A stretch of DNA of 64,000 nt, taken from the IMG/VR virus record IMGVR_UViG_3300022902_000012, positions 1 to 64,000 of that record. One strand, 5' to 3'. Under the pieces are notes generated by a model. It did no database searches and was not told where the DNA came from. It saw only the letters and a list, made by a program, of their open reading frames with translations. The stretch is from an uncultured virus (IMG/VR IMGVR_UViG_3300022902_000012) (Duplodnaviria; Heunggongvirae; Uroviricota; Caudoviricetes). The translations under genes were made by a program, and so were the position numbers. This document shows, one piece after another, positions 62,369 to 64,000 of the stretch (positions are counted from its first letter, which is position 1; every line of letters starts with the position of its first letter).

Positions 62369-63283
62369 CTACCTCCTCGGCATGTTGGCGCATGCTGATA
62401 CGAAGTCACGGTATCGCTTGCTTCGCTTCTCTCTCATCGGGATGGTGTGGGCTGCCTCATGCTCGAACTCCTTGGCTATCCAACAACGGAGCTCATGGCC
62501 ATCCCACCCGGCAGGCAGGTCACCTTCCTCGATGTGCCGGATGAACATGGCCTGCATGTCCTCCATGAATCGGTTGACCAGGCGCAACTTGCCCAAACGG
62601 TGGTGAATATCCTCTGTGCGTGTCTCAGACCAGTTCGGGGTCCAGTCCGCCTCAGAAGAAACAAAGTGAGACAGGGCGCCACAGTCAGGACACTCGCCGG
62701 CCGGCATCAGCTCTCCTGGCTCGACTCGGCCAAGCAAGTCAAAATACTCCACCAGGTCACCGCCATTGACATCCTTGTCCAAGTCCATGCCCCCTGCGTC
62801 TGCATCGAAGTACATGAAGTGGACCAAATCGGCGACCAATGCCTTGGCCGCCACAGCCGCACCGACCGGCGCATCTTCGCCGGGGTCATATGTTAGTATC
62901 GGCGGTCCTTGTGTCTCAGCATCGAGAGGCATCGCATCCTGCCTTTTGCTGAGCTTGAGCGCGTATGCCTCCTGCTCATGCAGATGCTTGGACAAAAAGG
63001 TGGCGAAGGCATAGCCCCAGGAGCGAGAGGCTACGTAGTCAGCCACATTCTCCCACGAAAGCTCAGGCCCCTCTTCCCAGCCCCGGCTGAGCCGCTCATC
63101 CAGGATCTCCAGTGCCTGCTCCAGGTGGCTCTGTTTGAGCACTCGACGAGATGCCACAGGCCCCTCACCGCGCAGGTGCTCGGCCACACCCCACAGGGCA
63201 CGCTCAAGTAGCTCTTCCCAACGGCTGCCCCTCGGCACTTCATGTTTGTCACACAGTTTGCGGATGCTGGTCCAGGTATCCAT
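62369..63283 (-). CDS. Hypothetical modular protein
   Basis: AAGGAGG RBS; 'RVEPGELMPAGECPDCGAL', 'LPAGWDGHELRCWIA'. Confidence 0.6.
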   Translation of the reverse strand: MDTWTSIRKLCDKHEVPRGSRWEELLERALWGVAEHLRGEGPVASRRVLKQSHLEQALEILDERLSRGWEEGPELSWENVADYVASRSWGYAFATFLSKHLHEQEAYALKLSKRQDAMPLDAETQGPPILTYDPGEDAPVGAAVAAKALVADLVHFMYFDADAGGMDLDKDVNGGDLVEYFDLLGRVEPGELMPAGECPDCGALSHFVSSEADWTPNWSETRTEDIHHRLGKLRLVNRFMEDMQAMFIRHIEEGDLPAGWDGHELRCWIAKEFEHEAAHTIPMREKRSKRYRDFVSACANMPRR

Positions 63284-63537
63284 CAGGTTACGTCCTCCTT
63301 GATCGTTTTCCACTTGTTGGTCTCGTCATCCCACTGCTGCACAGCCAGGACTTTGTCTCCATGCTCGGCCAACCACCGCACCTTCGATCGAATCCAATCC
63401 AAGCTATCAGACAGGTAGTAGGCCACACCCATCCCGCTCGGGTCGGGCCTACCAATCCAGTGTTTATAACGATACTTAATCCGGTAGTCGTGCAGGAACA
63501 CGGCTCGCCCCCCAATCTCCTCCCGATGTAGGGTCAT
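63283..63537 (-). CDS. Hypothetical protein
   Basis: About 84 aa, coupled to the next gene. Confidence 0.45.
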   Translation of the reverse strand: MTLHREEIGGRAVFLHDYRIKYRYKHWIGRPDPSGMGVAYYLSDSLDWIRSKVRWLAEHGDKVLAVQQWDDETNKWKTIKEDVT

Positions 63538-63674
63538 CGACTCAGAACTGGCGGCCAAACTGGACGCAGACATTCATTGGCTTGTAGTGACGGCGGGCCG
63601 TCTTCACGATCCGGCGCCATGTTGCCCCCCGCCACAGCGCAACTTACCTAGTCGGGTGTTGATCTCAGGCTGGC

Positions 63675-64000
63675 TCATGATTCATCCTCCTCAACGATCT
63701 GAGGTTCATCGCCAATGGCTGCGCATGCCCTCATGTATGCCTCTCCCAGGTCAACCCAGTCAGAGTCGCAATTTGGCGCACAGGTGCCATCCGCAGAGAT
63801 TCGGATGCCGCCTGTCTCATTGACCGTTGTTATTAAGTCGATGAGGCATCCGATGAGCTCCTTCTCTGAATAGATATTTTTCAACTCGGAGACCTTGCCG
63901 GTCCAGTCACACTCGCAGATAACTAGGGCGTCGTTATCGACAGGAAACTCCGTGGCGGCGAGTGCCCCCGGCCCCACAGCCTGGAGCCTGCCACACCAGC
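63675..64000 (-). CDS. Hypothetical protein, probably truncated at the window edge
   Basis: 'ICECDWTGKVSEL', 'DWVDLGEAYMRAC'. Confidence 0.5.
   Translation of the reverse strand, partial: WCGRLQAVGPGALAATEFPVDNDALVICECDWTGKVSELKNIYSEKELIGCLIDLITTVNETGGIRISADGTCAPNCDSDWVDLGEAYMRACAAIGDEPQIVEEDES

Noticed and set aside
63540..63678. Possible small frameshifted gene at a G6 run, or an ncRNA
   Set aside because: Too short to support; no recognisable RNA structure or protein motif
1..64000. tRNA/rRNA genes and stop-codon reassignment
   Set aside because: No T-loop or cloverleaf pattern noticed by eye; genes end normally at TAA, TAG and TGA, and long conserved genes are intact under the standard code

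Overview
A 64-kb, high-GC piece of a large tailed (contractile-tail, myovirus-type) phage or prophage genome. The structural proteins resemble, from memory, those of Myxococcota/deltaproteobacterial prophages; the host is not proven. 1-16.2 kb (+): tail and baseplate module (tape measure, tube initiator, LysM-like, hub, spike, gp25, baseplate J, tail and fibre proteins). 16-40 kb (mostly -): replication and recombination module with a family-A DNA polymerase, UDG, SLOG/DprA-like protein, SSB, Sak4-like ATPase, SNF2 helicase, RepA/AAA_25 helicase, UvrD with two inteins, a nucleotidyltransferase, a Cas4-like exonuclease and an SF2 helicase with an intein. 42-45.6 kb (+): an isolated terminase pair. 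45.6-64 kb (-): many small hypotheticals plus a PAPS-reductase-family gene, a Gp88-like gene, two paralogous HNH cassettes and a frameshifted B12-radical SAM gene. The strongest unusual signals are five. (1) The SF2-helicase intein hides its endonuclease (DUF559/Vsr-like) in a second reading frame, with its own predicted promoter and RBS, while the intein frame stays open. (2) A UDG-PolA fusion is split inside the UDG domain across genes about 1.2 kb apart, and the polymerase has systematically altered active-site motifs. (3) The SF2 helicase is split into two genes, and its C-half ends in a hydrophobic, transmembrane-like helix. (4) Twin AT-rich cis modules 8.9 kb apart share a perfect 35-bp inverted repeat with DnaA-box-like motifs, near an apparent GC-skew switch. 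(5) A structural gene appears to start at ATC. All family calls come from motif recognition by eye; no database searches were run. No tRNA, rRNA or CRISPR array was seen.
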